Below are positions 7,586-15,966 of a stretch of 24,000 nt of DNA, piece after piece. Numbering within the stretch: the first letter of the stretch is position 1; each line of letters opens with the position of its first letter. A model generated the notes under the pieces. That model saw only the letters and a program-made list of their open reading frames with translations. It was not told the DNA's origin and did no database searches. The position numbers were made by a program, and so were the translations under genes. Source of the DNA: an uncultured Pseudomonadota bacterium (GTDB lineage: Bacteria; Pseudomonadota; Alphaproteobacteria; JACZXZ01); NCBI GenBank assembly GCA_963749075.1, contig CAVVLJ010000020.1, positions 360,330-384,329 of the forward strand, read 5' to 3'.

Positions 7586-8118
7586 GAGCGGGCTCCCCTC
7601 CACGCCCGGCGCGCCGCGTAGAGAGCGAAGAGCGCCAGGCAAAGTGCTATGGCGAAATTGTAGCCCGCCATGGAGATGCCGAACAGCGACCAGGGGATGC
7701 TGTCGCAGCGCACGACGGGTGCCGCCAGGATCTGCTGCCGGAGTGCCGCGAGCGAGCCGGCGGGAGCCGACCCGGCGGCTCCGGTGCAGGCGGCAGTGCC
7801 TTCCCACCAGTGGTGCTCGACGCCCACATGGAAGGCGGCGATGCCGGCATCGGCGAGGAAGGCGAGGGCCGCGAGGGAGAGGGCGGCGCCGCGCAACCGG
7901 CGATCGGCGAGGAAGAGGGCGAGAGCCGCAAAGGCGATGGCGACGCCGTAGGGGTAGCGTTGGTAGATGCAGAGCACGCAAGGCTGGAGCTTGCCCACAT
8001 ATTGGAAGAGGAAGGAGGTGCCGAGGACGGCGGCCGAGGCGGCGAGGATGAGGGCGCCCGGCGCGTGGCGGCCGCGGGCCAGCCGGTCGAGCAAGGATTG
8101 CCGGGTGCGTTCGGACAA
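7582..8118 (-). CDS. dsbB: disulfide bond formation protein B family (DsbB-like membrane thiol oxidase)
   Basis: Four hydrophobic segments. The first loop has CVLCIYQRYPY (CxxC); a second cysteine pair sits in a long loop (AACTG ... VRCDS). TTG start at 8118 with AGGAG 6 nt upstream (8125-8129 on +), overlapping the yqaA-like stop. Confidence 0.75.
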   Translation of the reverse strand: MSERTRQSLLDRLARGRHAPGALILAASAAVLGTSFLFQYVGKLQPCVLCIYQRYPYGVAIAFAALALFLADRRLRGAALSLAALAFLADAGIAAFHVGVEHHWWEGTAACTGAAGSAPAGSLAALRQQILAAPVVRCDSIPWSLFGISMAGYNFAIALCLALFALYAARRAWRGARS

Positions 8119-8127
8119 GGGCGGCTC

Positions 8128-8706
8128 CTAGAGAAAGCGCAGCACGAGGAAGCCGCCCACGAGTGCCGCTGCGAAGAGGCTCGTCATGAGGGCGAGGCGC
8201 CGCTCGATGAAGAGGCGGACCCTATCGCCGAAGCGCCAGAGCAGGGCCGCCACCAGGAAAAAGCGCAGGCTGCGCGAGACGAGCGAGGCCAGCGTGAAGG
8301 CCGCGAGGTCGAACTTGAGGGCGCCGCTCGCGATCGTGATGAGCTTGTAGGGGATGGGCGTCATGCCCTTGATCATGATGATCCACGCCCCCCACTCGGC
8401 ATAGGAGGCCTTGAGCGCCTCGTACTTGTCCATCACGTGATAGAACTCGAGCACGCGCACGCCGATGGTCTCGAAGGCGAAATAGCCGATGGCGTAGCCG
8501 AGATAGCCGCCGGCGACCGAGGCCAAGGTGCACACGCCGGCCAAGAGGAAGGCGCGGCGCGGCCGCGCCAGCACCATGGGGATGAGCAGCACGTCCGGCG
8601 GAATGGGGAAGAGCGAGCTCTCGATGAAGCTCACGGCGGCGAGGCCCCAGATGGCGTGGCGATGGCCGGCGATCGTGAGAGTCCAGTCGTAGAGCCGTCG
8701 CAGCAT
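8128..8706 (-). CDS. YqaA/DedA-type (SNARE-associated domain) inner-membrane protein
   Basis: AVSFIESSLFPIPPDVLLIPM ... GMTPIPYKLITIASG motifs are typical of the YqaA/DedA family. 192 aa, multi-pass hydrophobic. Confidence 0.75.
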   Translation of the reverse strand: MLRRLYDWTLTIAGHRHAIWGLAAVSFIESSLFPIPPDVLLIPMVLARPRRAFLLAGVCTLASVAGGYLGYAIGYFAFETIGVRVLEFYHVMDKYEALKASYAEWGAWIIMIKGMTPIPYKLITIASGALKFDLAAFTLASLVSRSLRFFLVAALLWRFGDRVRLFIERRLALMTSLFAAALVGGFLVLRFL

Positions 8707-8851
8707 CGCGATCCCTTGCTACCTCGTGGCCGCGCCGGTTTAGCAGGCGATGGCTGAGAGAGCAATGTCGCATCCGGCCGCAGGCTCGGCTAGGCTTGCC
8801 CCGCGCAAATGGGGCGAAATCGCGGCGCGCGGCGCAGAGGGCGGCGGGGCG

Positions 8852-9550
8852 ATGTCGAAGTGGCTGGCCTTCTGGGAAGGCGACAATCCCATCTATGTGA
8901 GCGAGCGCCACCGCCGCGTCCACTACGCGCGCGTGGCGGAGGACATCCGCTCCGTGCTGCCGCCGGAGGGCGATGGAGCCGTGCTCGACTACGGCTGCGG
9001 CGAGGCGCTCGAGGCGGGCCGCGTGGCCGCGCATTGCGCCCGGCTCTATCTTTATGACGCCTCACGCACGGTGCGCGCGCGGCTCCTCGAGCGCTTCGAG
9101 GGCGCCGCCGGGCTCGCCGTGCTCGACGAGGACGGGCTCGCCGCACTCGGCGAAGCGGCGCTCGATGTCGTGGTCGTGAACTCGGTCATCCAGTATCTCG
9201 CGCGCGAGGAGCTCATGGCCCTCCTCGAGCGGGCGCTCGGCTGGCTCAAGCGGGGAGGCGCGCTCGTGCTCGCGGACGTGGTGCCGCCGGGGCCCCAGGC
9301 GGCGGCCGACGCCAAGGCGCTGCTCGCGACCGCCTGGCGGCACGGCTTCCTGGGTGCCGCCCTCATCGGACTCGTGCGGGCGGCACTTTCCGACTACCGG
9401 CGCCTGCGCGCCGAGGCCGGCTTCGCCGCTTACGGCGAGGCGGAGATGCTGGCGCTCCTCAAGGATGCGGGCTTTGCCGCGCGCCGGCGGCGCACGAACT
9501 TCGGCTTCAATCCGGCGCGCATGACCTTCATCGCGACGCGGCCGCGCTGA
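8852..9550 (+). CDS. class I SAM-dependent methyltransferase
   Basis: Motif I VLDYGCGEALEA, then LYLYDAS and VVVNSVIQYL. The track start 8750 is probably over-extended. The ATG at 8852 (MSKWLAFWEG) follows the purine-rich gagggcggcgggg. Confidence 0.7.
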   Translation: MSKWLAFWEGDNPIYVSERHRRVHYARVAEDIRSVLPPEGDGAVLDYGCGEALEAGRVAAHCARLYLYDASRTVRARLLERFEGAAGLAVLDEDGLAALGEAALDVVVVNSVIQYLAREELMALLERALGWLKRGGALVLADVVPPGPQAAADAKALLATAWRHGFLGAALIGLVRAALSDYRRLRAEAGFAAYGEAEMLALLKDAGFAARRRRTNFGFNPARMTFIATRPR

Positions 9551-9560
9551 AGCGGCGCCG

Positions 9561-9588
9561 TTGACCCGCGCCTCGCCTCGGCTATGAT
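9561..9588 (+). promoter_or_regulatory. sigma70-type promoter candidate for tRNA-Leu
   Basis: TTGACC (9561-9566), 16-nt spacer, TATGAT (9583-9588). The tRNA 5' end lies 11 nt downstream. Confidence 0.5.
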
Positions 9589-9598
9589 CGCCGCGCTC

Positions 9599-9685
9599 GC
9601 GGGCGTGGCGGAACCGGTAGACGCGCTGGACTCAAAATCCAGTTCTGGCAACAGAGTGGGAGTTCGACTCTCCCCGCCCGCACCA
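9599..9685 (+). tRNA. tRNA-Leu (anticodon CAA)
   Basis: 87-nt cloverleaf folded by eye. Acceptor GCGGGCG/CGCCCGC; D arm GCG-GAACCGGTAGA-CGC; anticodon stem CTGGA/TCCAG with loop CTCAAAA (CAA at 9633-9635). Long variable arm TTCTGGCAACAGAGT (class II); T arm GGGAG-TTCGACT-CTCCC; discriminator A and encoded CCA. Confidence 0.95.
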
Positions 9686-9711
9686 GTTCGCAATTTACCC
9701 CTCGGCAATCT

Positions 9712-10611
9712 TCAGCGGATCGCCTGCAGCATGAAGTCGACGAACGCCCGGACCTTCGCGGCCTGGTGATGGCGCGAGGGATGCAGCGCATAGAGCGGGA
9801 ATGTCTCCCCGGGCCAGTCCGGGAAGAGCTCGATCAGGCGGCCTTGCTCCAATAGCTCCTCTACGCCCAAGGCCATGACCTGGGCGATGCCGGCTCCGGC
9901 GACGCAGGCGCCGAGCATCGTGCCAACGTCGCTCAGCAAGAGGCGTCCGGCCGTCTTGACGGGAACGATCCTGCGGCCGCGGCGGAACTCCCAATCGAAC
10001 GGCTGCCCCGTCAGCGGGTTGCGGAACTGGATGCAGGCATGGCGCGCGAGCTCGGCCGGCCGCCTGGGCCGGCCGTGCCGATCGAGATAGGCGGGTGCCG
10101 CCACGGTCAGGATGCGCGTCTCGATCAGCTTGCGCGCGACGAGGGATGACGATGGCGCTTCACCGAAGCGCACCGCCACGTCGAAGCCCTCGGCGACGAG
10201 ATCGCCTATGTGCTCGCGGGTGACGAGCTCGAGGGAGAGCTCGGGATAGCGCGCGAGGAAGGCGCCGAGTTGGGCGGCGAGAACGAGGCGCGAGAAGAAC
10301 GGGTCGACATTGACGCGCAGGCGCCCGCGCACGGTCGCGGAGGAGCCTGCCGCCTGGGCCGCCGCCTCCTCGATGCCGGCAAGAAGCGGACCGACGTGCT
10401 CGTAGAAGCGGCGCCCCTCGTCGGTCAGCTTGACCGAGCGCGTCGTCCTGTCGAAAAGACGCACGCCGAGCCGCGCCTCGAGCCGGGCGACCGCGCGGCT
10501 GACGCCGGGCTGGGTCAAGCCGAGCGCCTCGGCCGCGCGCACGAAGCTGCCGGCCTCGACCACCGCCGCCACCACGCCGATGCCGCTCAGGAGCCGCGCA
10601 TCGAACGGCAT
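9712..10611 (-). CDS. LysR-family transcriptional regulator
   Basis: N-terminal wHTH VVAAVVEAGSFVRAAEALGLTQPGVSRAVARLEARLGVRLFDRTTR plus a full-length effector domain. Divergent from the oxidoreductase genes starting at 10730. Confidence 0.9.
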   Translation of the reverse strand: MPFDARLLSGIGVVAAVVEAGSFVRAAEALGLTQPGVSRAVARLEARLGVRLFDRTTRSVKLTDEGRRFYEHVGPLLAGIEEAAAQAAGSSATVRGRLRVNVDPFFSRLVLAAQLGAFLARYPELSLELVTREHIGDLVAEGFDVAVRFGEAPSSSLVARKLIETRILTVAAPAYLDRHGRPRRPAELARHACIQFRNPLTGQPFDWEFRRGRRIVPVKTAGRLLLSDVGTMLGACVAGAGIAQVMALGVEELLEQGRLIELFPDWPGETFPLYALHPSRHHQAAKVRAFVDFMLQAIR

Positions 10612-10615
10612 TTCA

Positions 10616-10642
10616 ATGACTCCATGTCATAAGTCAAATGAC
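10616..10642. promoter_or_regulatory. LysR-type T-N11-A operator candidate (ATGAC-N5-GTCAT, plus a third ATGAC half-site)
   Basis: atgac(10616-10620) tccat gtcat(10626-10630) aagtcaa atgac(10638-10642). It begins 5 nt from the LysR start codon in the divergent intergenic region, the least GC-rich part of that spacer. Confidence 0.45.
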
Positions 10643-10729
10643 ACTTATGCAGTCGCGTAATGCCCTGTCCACCCCCATTTTCACCTCCGAAGCGGCGTCG
10701 GCCGCGGCAGGCGGAACAAGGAGATCGGC

Positions 10730-11599
10730 ATGTTTGCGATTACCGGGATCACCGGTCAGGTCGGCGGTGCCGCCGCCCGCGCCCTCATCGAGGCAGGCCA
10801 CGCCGTGCGCGCCGTGCTGCGCGACCGGGCCAAGGCAGCGCCCTGGCAGGCGCTCGGCGCCGAGATCGCCGTCGCCGAATTCGGCGACGTGGCGGCTCTG
10901 ACAAAGGCCTTCTCGGGCACCCAAGGGGTGTTCGCGATGGTGCCGCCGAACTTCGCCCCTGACCCTGGTTTTACCGCTGCCCGCACCGCCGCATCTGCTC
11001 ACGCCGAAGCGATCGCGCTTGCAGCGCTGCCTAGGGTCGTCGCGCTCTCGTCCATCGGTGGGCATCGCGGATCGCGTCTTGGCCTCATCACGCAGCTGCA
11101 TATCTTCGAGCAGGCGATGAGCAGCCTCGCCGTCCCGAGCGCCGTTCTGCGGCCGGCCTGGTTCATGGAGAACTCGCTGTGGGACATCGCACCGGCCCGC
11201 GAGACGGGAGAGATGGCGAGCTTCCTTCGGCCGCTCGACCGGCCCTTCCCCATGATCGCGAGCGCCGATATCGGCCGGGTCGCCGCCGAGACGCTGCTCG
11301 AGAGCTGGAGCGGCCGCCGCGTGCTCGAGATCGAGGGGCCGAAACGCTATTCGCAGAACGAAATCGCGTCCCTGCTCGGGCTGGCCCTCGGGCGAACCGT
11401 GACGGCGAGGCCCGTGCCGCGCGGGGAGTGGGAAGCGCTGTTCCGCTCCCAGGGCACGAGCTCGGCGGCGCCGCGGATCGCAATGCTCGACGGCTTCAAT
11501 TCCGGCTGGATCGCGTTCGAGGGCGTCGGCAACGAGCACGTCATCGGCAAGACGCCGTATGAGGCCGTGCTGGCAGACCTTGTCAAGCGCGTCGGCTAG
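10730..11599 (+). CDS. NmrA-family NAD(P)-binding protein
   Basis: MFAITGITGQVGGAAARALIEAGHAVRAVLRD (GxxGxxG Rossmann at the extreme N-terminus, NmrA/atypical SDR style). AGGAG lies 6 nt upstream of the ATG. Confidence 0.85.
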   Translation: MFAITGITGQVGGAAARALIEAGHAVRAVLRDRAKAAPWQALGAEIAVAEFGDVAALTKAFSGTQGVFAMVPPNFAPDPGFTAARTAASAHAEAIALAALPRVVALSSIGGHRGSRLGLITQLHIFEQAMSSLAVPSAVLRPAWFMENSLWDIAPARETGEMASFLRPLDRPFPMIASADIGRVAAETLLESWSGRRVLEIEGPKRYSQNEIASLLGLALGRTVTARPVPRGEWEALFRSQGTSSAAPRIAMLDGFNSGWIAFEGVGNEHVIGKTPYEAVLADLVKRVG

Positions 11600-11638
11600 G
11601 CGATCCTCCGTGGGAGCTGCCTGCGAAAGGACCAAGCT

Positions 11639-12343
11639 ATGCCCATCTCACCCTCAGGCTCGACCGCGCTGATCATTGGCGCATCCCGCGGCCTCGGCCT
11701 TGCCTTGGCTGAGGAATACGCGAACCGCGGCTGGCGCGTCTTGGCCACCGTGCGCGGCAGCGCCCGGACCGGCCTCCACGACCTCGCCGGCCGAGCGGGC
11801 GGACGGCTCGAGATCGAAACCCTCGACATCGTCGAGCCGGACGAGATCGCCGCCCTCCGCCGCCGTCTCGCCGGGCGCTCGTTCGATCTCCTCTTCGTCA
11901 ATGCCGGCGTGGCCAACGACCCCGGCGAGACGATCGGCGAGGTCTCCACCGAGGAGTTCGTGCGCGTGATGGTGACGAACGCGCTCGGCCCCATGCGCGT
12001 CGTCGAGGCTCTGCAAGACCTCGTGCCCCCCGGCGGCACGATCGGCGTGATGTCTTCCGGCCTCGGCAGCGTGGCCGACAACGAGCACGGCGGCTGGGAG
12101 GTCTATCGCGGCAGCAAGGCGGCGCTCAACACGCTGATGCGCAGTTTCGCCGCCCGCCATGCCCGCGATCCGCGGGCCCTCCTGATCATCGCACCCGGCT
12201 GGGTGCGCACGGACATGGGAGGGCCGCAAGCCACGCTCGGCATCGAGGAGAGCATACCGCGCGTGGTCGACGCCATCGCCGCCCAGTCGGGCAAGCCCGG
12301 TCTTCGCTATCTCGACTATCGCGGCCGCACCGTGCGCTGGTGA
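11639..12343 (+). CDS. short-chain dehydrogenase/reductase (SDR)
   Basis: ALIIGASRGLGLALA (TGxxxGxG-type), NAG motif (FVNAGV), catalytic S ... YRGSKAAL (YxxxK). Confidence 0.85.
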   Translation: MPISPSGSTALIIGASRGLGLALAEEYANRGWRVLATVRGSARTGLHDLAGRAGGRLEIETLDIVEPDEIAALRRRLAGRSFDLLFVNAGVANDPGETIGEVSTEEFVRVMVTNALGPMRVVEALQDLVPPGGTIGVMSSGLGSVADNEHGGWEVYRGSKAALNTLMRSFAARHARDPRALLIIAPGWVRTDMGGPQATLGIEESIPRVVDAIAAQSGKPGLRYLDYRGRTVRW

Positions 12344-12437
12344 GGGCACGGCCGCACCTCGCCCGCTTGACCGCCGCCGCGGGCGGGGCGACATAGCACG
12401 GGCGCCACCTCTGCCCGTCACTCTCCCCGGAGGCCTC

Positions 12438-13457
12438 ATGAAAGCCGTAGCCCTCACCCGCTATCTCCCCATCGACGACCCCGAGGCGTTCCTCGACGTC
12501 GAGATTCCCACGCCCGCGGCAACGGGCCGCGACCTCCTCGTCGAGGTCAAGGCCGTCTCCGTCAATCCGGTCGATTGCAAGACGCGCGCGCCCAAGGCGC
12601 AGGTCGAGACGGTGCCGCGCGTGCTCGGCTGGGACGCCGCGGGCATCGTCAAGGCGGCGGGCGGCGAGGCGACGCTCTTCAAGCCGGGCGATGCGGTCTA
12701 TTACGCCGGCAGCATCACGCGCGCGGGCTGCGACAGCGAGTTCCACCTGGTCGACGAGCGCATCGTCGGGCGCAAGCCGGCGAACTTGAGCTTTGCCGAG
12801 GCGGCGGCACTGCCGCTCACCACCATCACCACCTGGGAGGCGCTCTTCCATCGCCTGGGTGTGCCGCGCAGCACGGGCGGAGCGGGGTCGGCGACGGTGC
12901 TGGTGATCGGCGGCGCCGGCGGCGTCGGCTCGATCGCCATCCAGCTCGCGAAGAGGCTCGCCGGTCTCAAGGTGATCGCGACCGCCTCGCGGCCGGAGTC
13001 GATCCGCTGGGTGCGCGAGCTCGGCGCCGACGCGACCGTCGATCACAGCAAGGACTTGGCTGCCGGCCTCAAGTCGCTCGGCACGCCCGAGGTCGAGTAC
13101 GTGCTCTGCTTCAACGATCTCGACCGCCACTTCCCGGCCTTCGCCCAGATCGTCAAGCCGCAGGGGAAGATCTGCGCCATCGTGCGCCCGGCGGCCCCGC
13201 TCGAGCTCGGCCCGCTCATGGGGAAGAGCATCACCTTCGCGTGGGAGATGATGTTCACGCGCGCCATGTTCCAGACACCGGACATGACCCTTCAGCACGA
13301 GCTCCTCGACGAGGCGGCCGGGCTCATCGAGGCGGGCGTGCTCAAGACCACGCTCTCCCGCAACCTGGGCCCGCTCAACGCCGCCAACCTCAAACGCGCG
13401 CACAAGGCGCTCGAGGAGGGCCACACCATCGGCAAGCTGGTGCTTGAGGGCTTCTGA
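12438..13457 (+). CDS. medium-chain (zinc-type) alcohol dehydrogenase / quinone oxidoreductase family protein
   Basis: LLVEVKAVSVNPVDCKTR, GDAVYYAG and VLVIGGAGGVGSIAIQLAK (nucleotide fold) give an MDR layout. GGAGG upstream of the ATG. Confidence 0.85.
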   Translation: MKAVALTRYLPIDDPEAFLDVEIPTPAATGRDLLVEVKAVSVNPVDCKTRAPKAQVETVPRVLGWDAAGIVKAAGGEATLFKPGDAVYYAGSITRAGCDSEFHLVDERIVGRKPANLSFAEAAALPLTTITTWEALFHRLGVPRSTGGAGSATVLVIGGAGGVGSIAIQLAKRLAGLKVIATASRPESIRWVRELGADATVDHSKDLAAGLKSLGTPEVEYVLCFNDLDRHFPAFAQIVKPQGKICAIVRPAAPLELGPLMGKSITFAWEMMFTRAMFQTPDMTLQHELLDEAAGLIEAGVLKTTLSRNLGPLNAANLKRAHKALEEGHTIGKLVLEGF

Positions 13458-13458
13458 A

Positions 13459-13472
13459 GCCGCTCGAGCGGC
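13459..13472 (+). terminator. 14-nt perfect GC palindrome immediately after the MDR gene stop (weak terminator candidate)
   Basis: gccgctcgagcggc starts 2 nt after the TGA (13455-13457). No U-tract follows, so intrinsic-terminator function is doubtful. Confidence 0.25.
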
Positions 13473-13496
13473 CGCGGTGCTGCCGCTTCGCCGAGC

Positions 13497-13525
13497 CTGG
13501 ACAAAGGCGAAAGGCGCTTTAGAAT
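13497..13525 (+). promoter_or_regulatory. promoter candidate upstream of apaG
   Basis: CTGGAC (13497-13502), 17-nt spacer, TAGAAT (13520-13525), about 60 nt upstream of the apaG ATG. Confidence 0.35.
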
Positions 13526-13585
13526 CGGGCGCTCGCGGTGCCGTGCGCGCGTGCCCCGCGAAGAGAGGGTCGAGAGGACAGTGCG

Positions 13586-13978
13586 ATGTACCAGGAGACG
13601 ACGCGCTCGATCAAGGTCAGCGTCGAGCCCATCTTCCTCGAGGACCAGTCGAACCCGAGACAGAACCATTTCGTCTGGGCCTATCACGTGCGCATCGAGA
13701 ACCGCGGCGGCGAGACCGTGCAGCTGCGCAACCGCTACTGGCACATCACCGACGGCATCGGCCGGGTGCAGGAGGTGCGCGGCGCCGGCGTGGTGGGCGA
13801 GCAGCCGATCCTGCGTCCGGGCGAGCATTACGAGTACACGAGCGGCACGCCGCTCGCCACCCCGTCCGGGATCATGCGCGGGACTTACGAGATGGAGAGC
13901 GAGCGGGGCGAGCGCTTCGAGATCGCCGTTCCGGCCTTCTCCCTCGACAGCCCCTATGACAGCGTGCGGCTCAATTGA
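13586..13978 (+). CDS. apaG: ApaG (DUF525) protein
   Basis: MYQETTRSIKVSVEPIFLEDQSNPRQNHFVWAYHVRIENRGGETVQLRNRYWHITDG...GVVGEQP.L.PGE.Y.YTSG is the characteristic ApaG sequence, 130 aa. The ATG at 13586 has GAGAGG upstream; the track start 13538 is over-extended. Confidence 0.9.
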   Translation: MYQETTRSIKVSVEPIFLEDQSNPRQNHFVWAYHVRIENRGGETVQLRNRYWHITDGIGRVQEVRGAGVVGEQPILRPGEHYEYTSGTPLATPSGIMRGTYEMESERGERFEIAVPAFSLDSPYDSVRLN

Positions 13979-14092
13979 GGGGCGACCTCTGCGCTTGACT
14001 CGCACTGGGCAAGGCCCAAATTGAAGCTTCCGGGGCGCCGTGCCCGCCTCCCGTGTCAGCAGCGTGAAGCCGAGAAGGAGACCGCCGTGGCG

Positions 14093-14752
14093 ATGAAGCC
14101 CGTGACATTCCCGAGCGCCGTGGCGGAGGCCCCCAAGCCCGCCCATGAGGAGGCGGCACCCGAGGAGCCCGCGCGCGAGGAGGTGGAGCGCGCGATCCGC
14201 ACGCTCATCGCCTGGGCCGGCGACAACCCCGACCGCGAGGGTCTGCGCGAGACGCCGGCGCGGGTGGCGCGCGCCTTCAAGGAGTGGTTCTCGGGCTACG
14301 GCGAGGACCCTTACGCCTTCCTCAAGGCGACCTTCGAGGAGACCGACGGCTACGACGAGATGGTGGTGCTGCGCGACATCCGCTTCGAGTCGCACTGCGA
14401 GCACCATCTCGCCCCCATCATCGGCAAGGTGCACATCGCCTACCTGCCGTCCCGCCGCGTGGTCGGCATCAGCAAGCTCGCCCGACTCGTCGAGGTCTAT
14501 TCGCGGCGCCTGCAGATCCAGGAGAAGCTCACGGCGCAGATCGCCAACACCATCGAGGAGGTGCTCGAGCCCCTCGGGGTCGCGGTCTGCATCGAGGCCT
14601 CGCACCAGTGCATGACGACGCGCGGCATCCACAAGACCGGCGTCACCATGGTGACGAGCCGCATGCTCGGCCAGTTCCGCAACGATCCCACGACCAGGCG
14701 CGAGTTCCTCTCCATGATCGGCAACCCGCGCACCATGCAGGCCGACAGCTGA
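14093..14752 (+). CDS. folE: GTP cyclohydrolase I (FolE type 1)
   Basis: [13 protein letters not shown] ... [22 protein letters not shown] ... [12 protein letters not shown]...[10 protein letters not shown] ... [11 protein letters not shown] (zinc-ligand Cys/His motifs). Start is the ATG at 14093, or GTG at 14087, after AGGAG (14076-14080). Confidence 0.9.
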   Translation: MKPVTFPSAVAEAPKPAHEEAAPEEPAREEVERAIRTLIAWAGDNPDREGLRETPARVARAFKEWFSGYGEDPYAFLKATFEETDGYDEMVVLRDIRFESHCEHHLAPIIGKVHIAYLPSRRVVGISKLARLVEVYSRRLQIQEKLTAQIANTIEEVLEPLGVAVCIEASHQCMTTRGIHKTGVTMVTSRMLGQFRNDPTTRREFLSMIGNPRTMQADS

Positions 14753-14775
14753 CGGCCCCTCCTCCGGCCGCCGCC

Positions 14776-15954
14776 ATGACGCGCGAGACGCCGACGCCCG
14801 CCGCCATGATCGAGCGCCTCGTCGCCTTCGATACCACCTCGGCCAAGTCCAATCTCGCCCTCATCGCGAGCGTGGCGGATTATTTGTCCGGCCACGGCAT
14901 CGCATCGCACCTCACCCATAACGAGGCGCGCACCAAGGCCAACCTCTTCGCGACCGTGGGCCCCGCCGGGTCCGGCGGCATCGTGCTCTCCGGCCATACC
15001 GACGTGGTGCCGGTCGAGGGCCAGGCCTGGGAGAGCGATCCCTTCCGGGTCGTCGAGCGAGGGGGCCGGCTCTACGGCCGCGGCACGGCGGACATGAAGA
15101 GCTTCATCGCGACGGCGTTGGCACTGGTGCCCGAGATGGTCGAGCGCCGCCTGAAGACGCCGATCCATCTCGCACTCTCCTTCGACGAGGAGGTCGGCTG
15201 CCTCGGCGTCGGCCGCCTCATCCGCGGCATCGCGCAAGGGACGGAGCGCCCCAGCCTCGTCATCGTGGGCGAGCCCACGGGCATGAAGGTGGTGAACGCG
15301 CACAAGGGCGTCCTCGTCTGCGAGACCCGTGTCGTCGGCCGCGAGGCCCATTCGAGCGCCACCCACAGCGGCGCCTCCGCCATCATGGCGGCGGCCGAGC
15401 TCATCCAGTTCCTCTCGACCCTTGCCGCCGAGCTTGCCGCGCGCGGCATCAGCCCGGGCTCGGCCGACGGGGAGTTCGCACCGCCCCACAGCACGGTCAG
15501 CGTCGGCACCATCAAGGGCGGCACCGCCGTCAACATCATCCCCAGGGAGTGCTCATTCCTCTGGGAGTGCCGCCCGCTGCCGGCGAGCGGCGACGGCGAG
15601 GAGGTCCTGCGCCGCTTCAACGCCTTCGCCGAGGAGCGCGTGGCGCCGAGCTTGCGCGCGCGGAGTGCAGACGGCGGCGTCTCGACGGAGGTGCTCGCGA
15701 ACGTGCCGGCGCTCGCCCCCGAGCCCGGCTCGCCCGCCGAGGCGCTCGTCCTCGCGCTCACCGGCGAGAACGGCACCGGCGTCGTCGCCTACGGCTCCGA
15801 GGCCGGGCTCTTCCAGGCGGCCGGCATCCCGGCCGTGCTGTGCGGCCCCGGCGACATCGCGGTGGCGCACCGGCCGAACGAGTTCATCGAACGCGCGCAG
15901 CTCGCCCTCTGCGAGGCCTTCCTCCGCCGCCTCATCGAGCATTGCGCGGGGTGA
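14776..15954 (+). CDS. argE: acetylornithine deacetylase (ArgE, M20 metallopeptidase family)
   Basis: MTRETPTPAAMIERLVAFDTTS..., GHTDVVPVEGQAW..DPF, GRGTADMKSF and SFDEEVGC (M20 metal-ligand motifs). The track ORF 14284..15954 is fused in frame to the shadow of folE. The ATG at 14776 is the sensible start. Confidence 0.8.
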   Translation: MTRETPTPAAMIERLVAFDTTSAKSNLALIASVADYLSGHGIASHLTHNEARTKANLFATVGPAGSGGIVLSGHTDVVPVEGQAWESDPFRVVERGGRLYGRGTADMKSFIATALALVPEMVERRLKTPIHLALSFDEEVGCLGVGRLIRGIAQGTERPSLVIVGEPTGMKVVNAHKGVLVCETRVVGREAHSSATHSGASAIMAAAELIQFLSTLAAELAARGISPGSADGEFAPPHSTVSVGTIKGGTAVNIIPRECSFLWECRPLPASGDGEEVLRRFNAFAEERVAPSLRARSADGGVSTEVLANVPALAPEPGSPAEALVLALTGENGTGVVAYGSEAGLFQAAGIPAVLCGPGDIAVAHRPNEFIERAQLALCEAFLRRLIEHCAG

Positions 15955-15966
15955 TGGCGGGAGGCC

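Noticed and set aside
7586-7981. N-terminal extensions of track ORFs: coq7 7022..7981, hslO 17511..18962, argE 14284..15954, permease 20797..21753, lipoprotein to 17501, apaG from 13538, folE from 14021, arsC from 21993.
   Set aside because: The extensions are low-complexity and overlap the upstream gene. Internal starts with RBS-like sequences or 4-nt start/stop overlaps reproduce the normal family N-termini.
12357-12385. GC hairpin (cgcccgc ... gcgggcg) after the SDR gene as an intrinsic terminator.
   Set aside because: It has a short stem with a 12-nt loop and no U-tract. The downstream MDR gene is probably co-transcribed.
9599-13457. Genomic island integrated at tRNA-Leu.
   Set aside because: No integrase or recombinase, no direct repeat of the tRNA 3' end within the window, and no visible change in GC or codon style.
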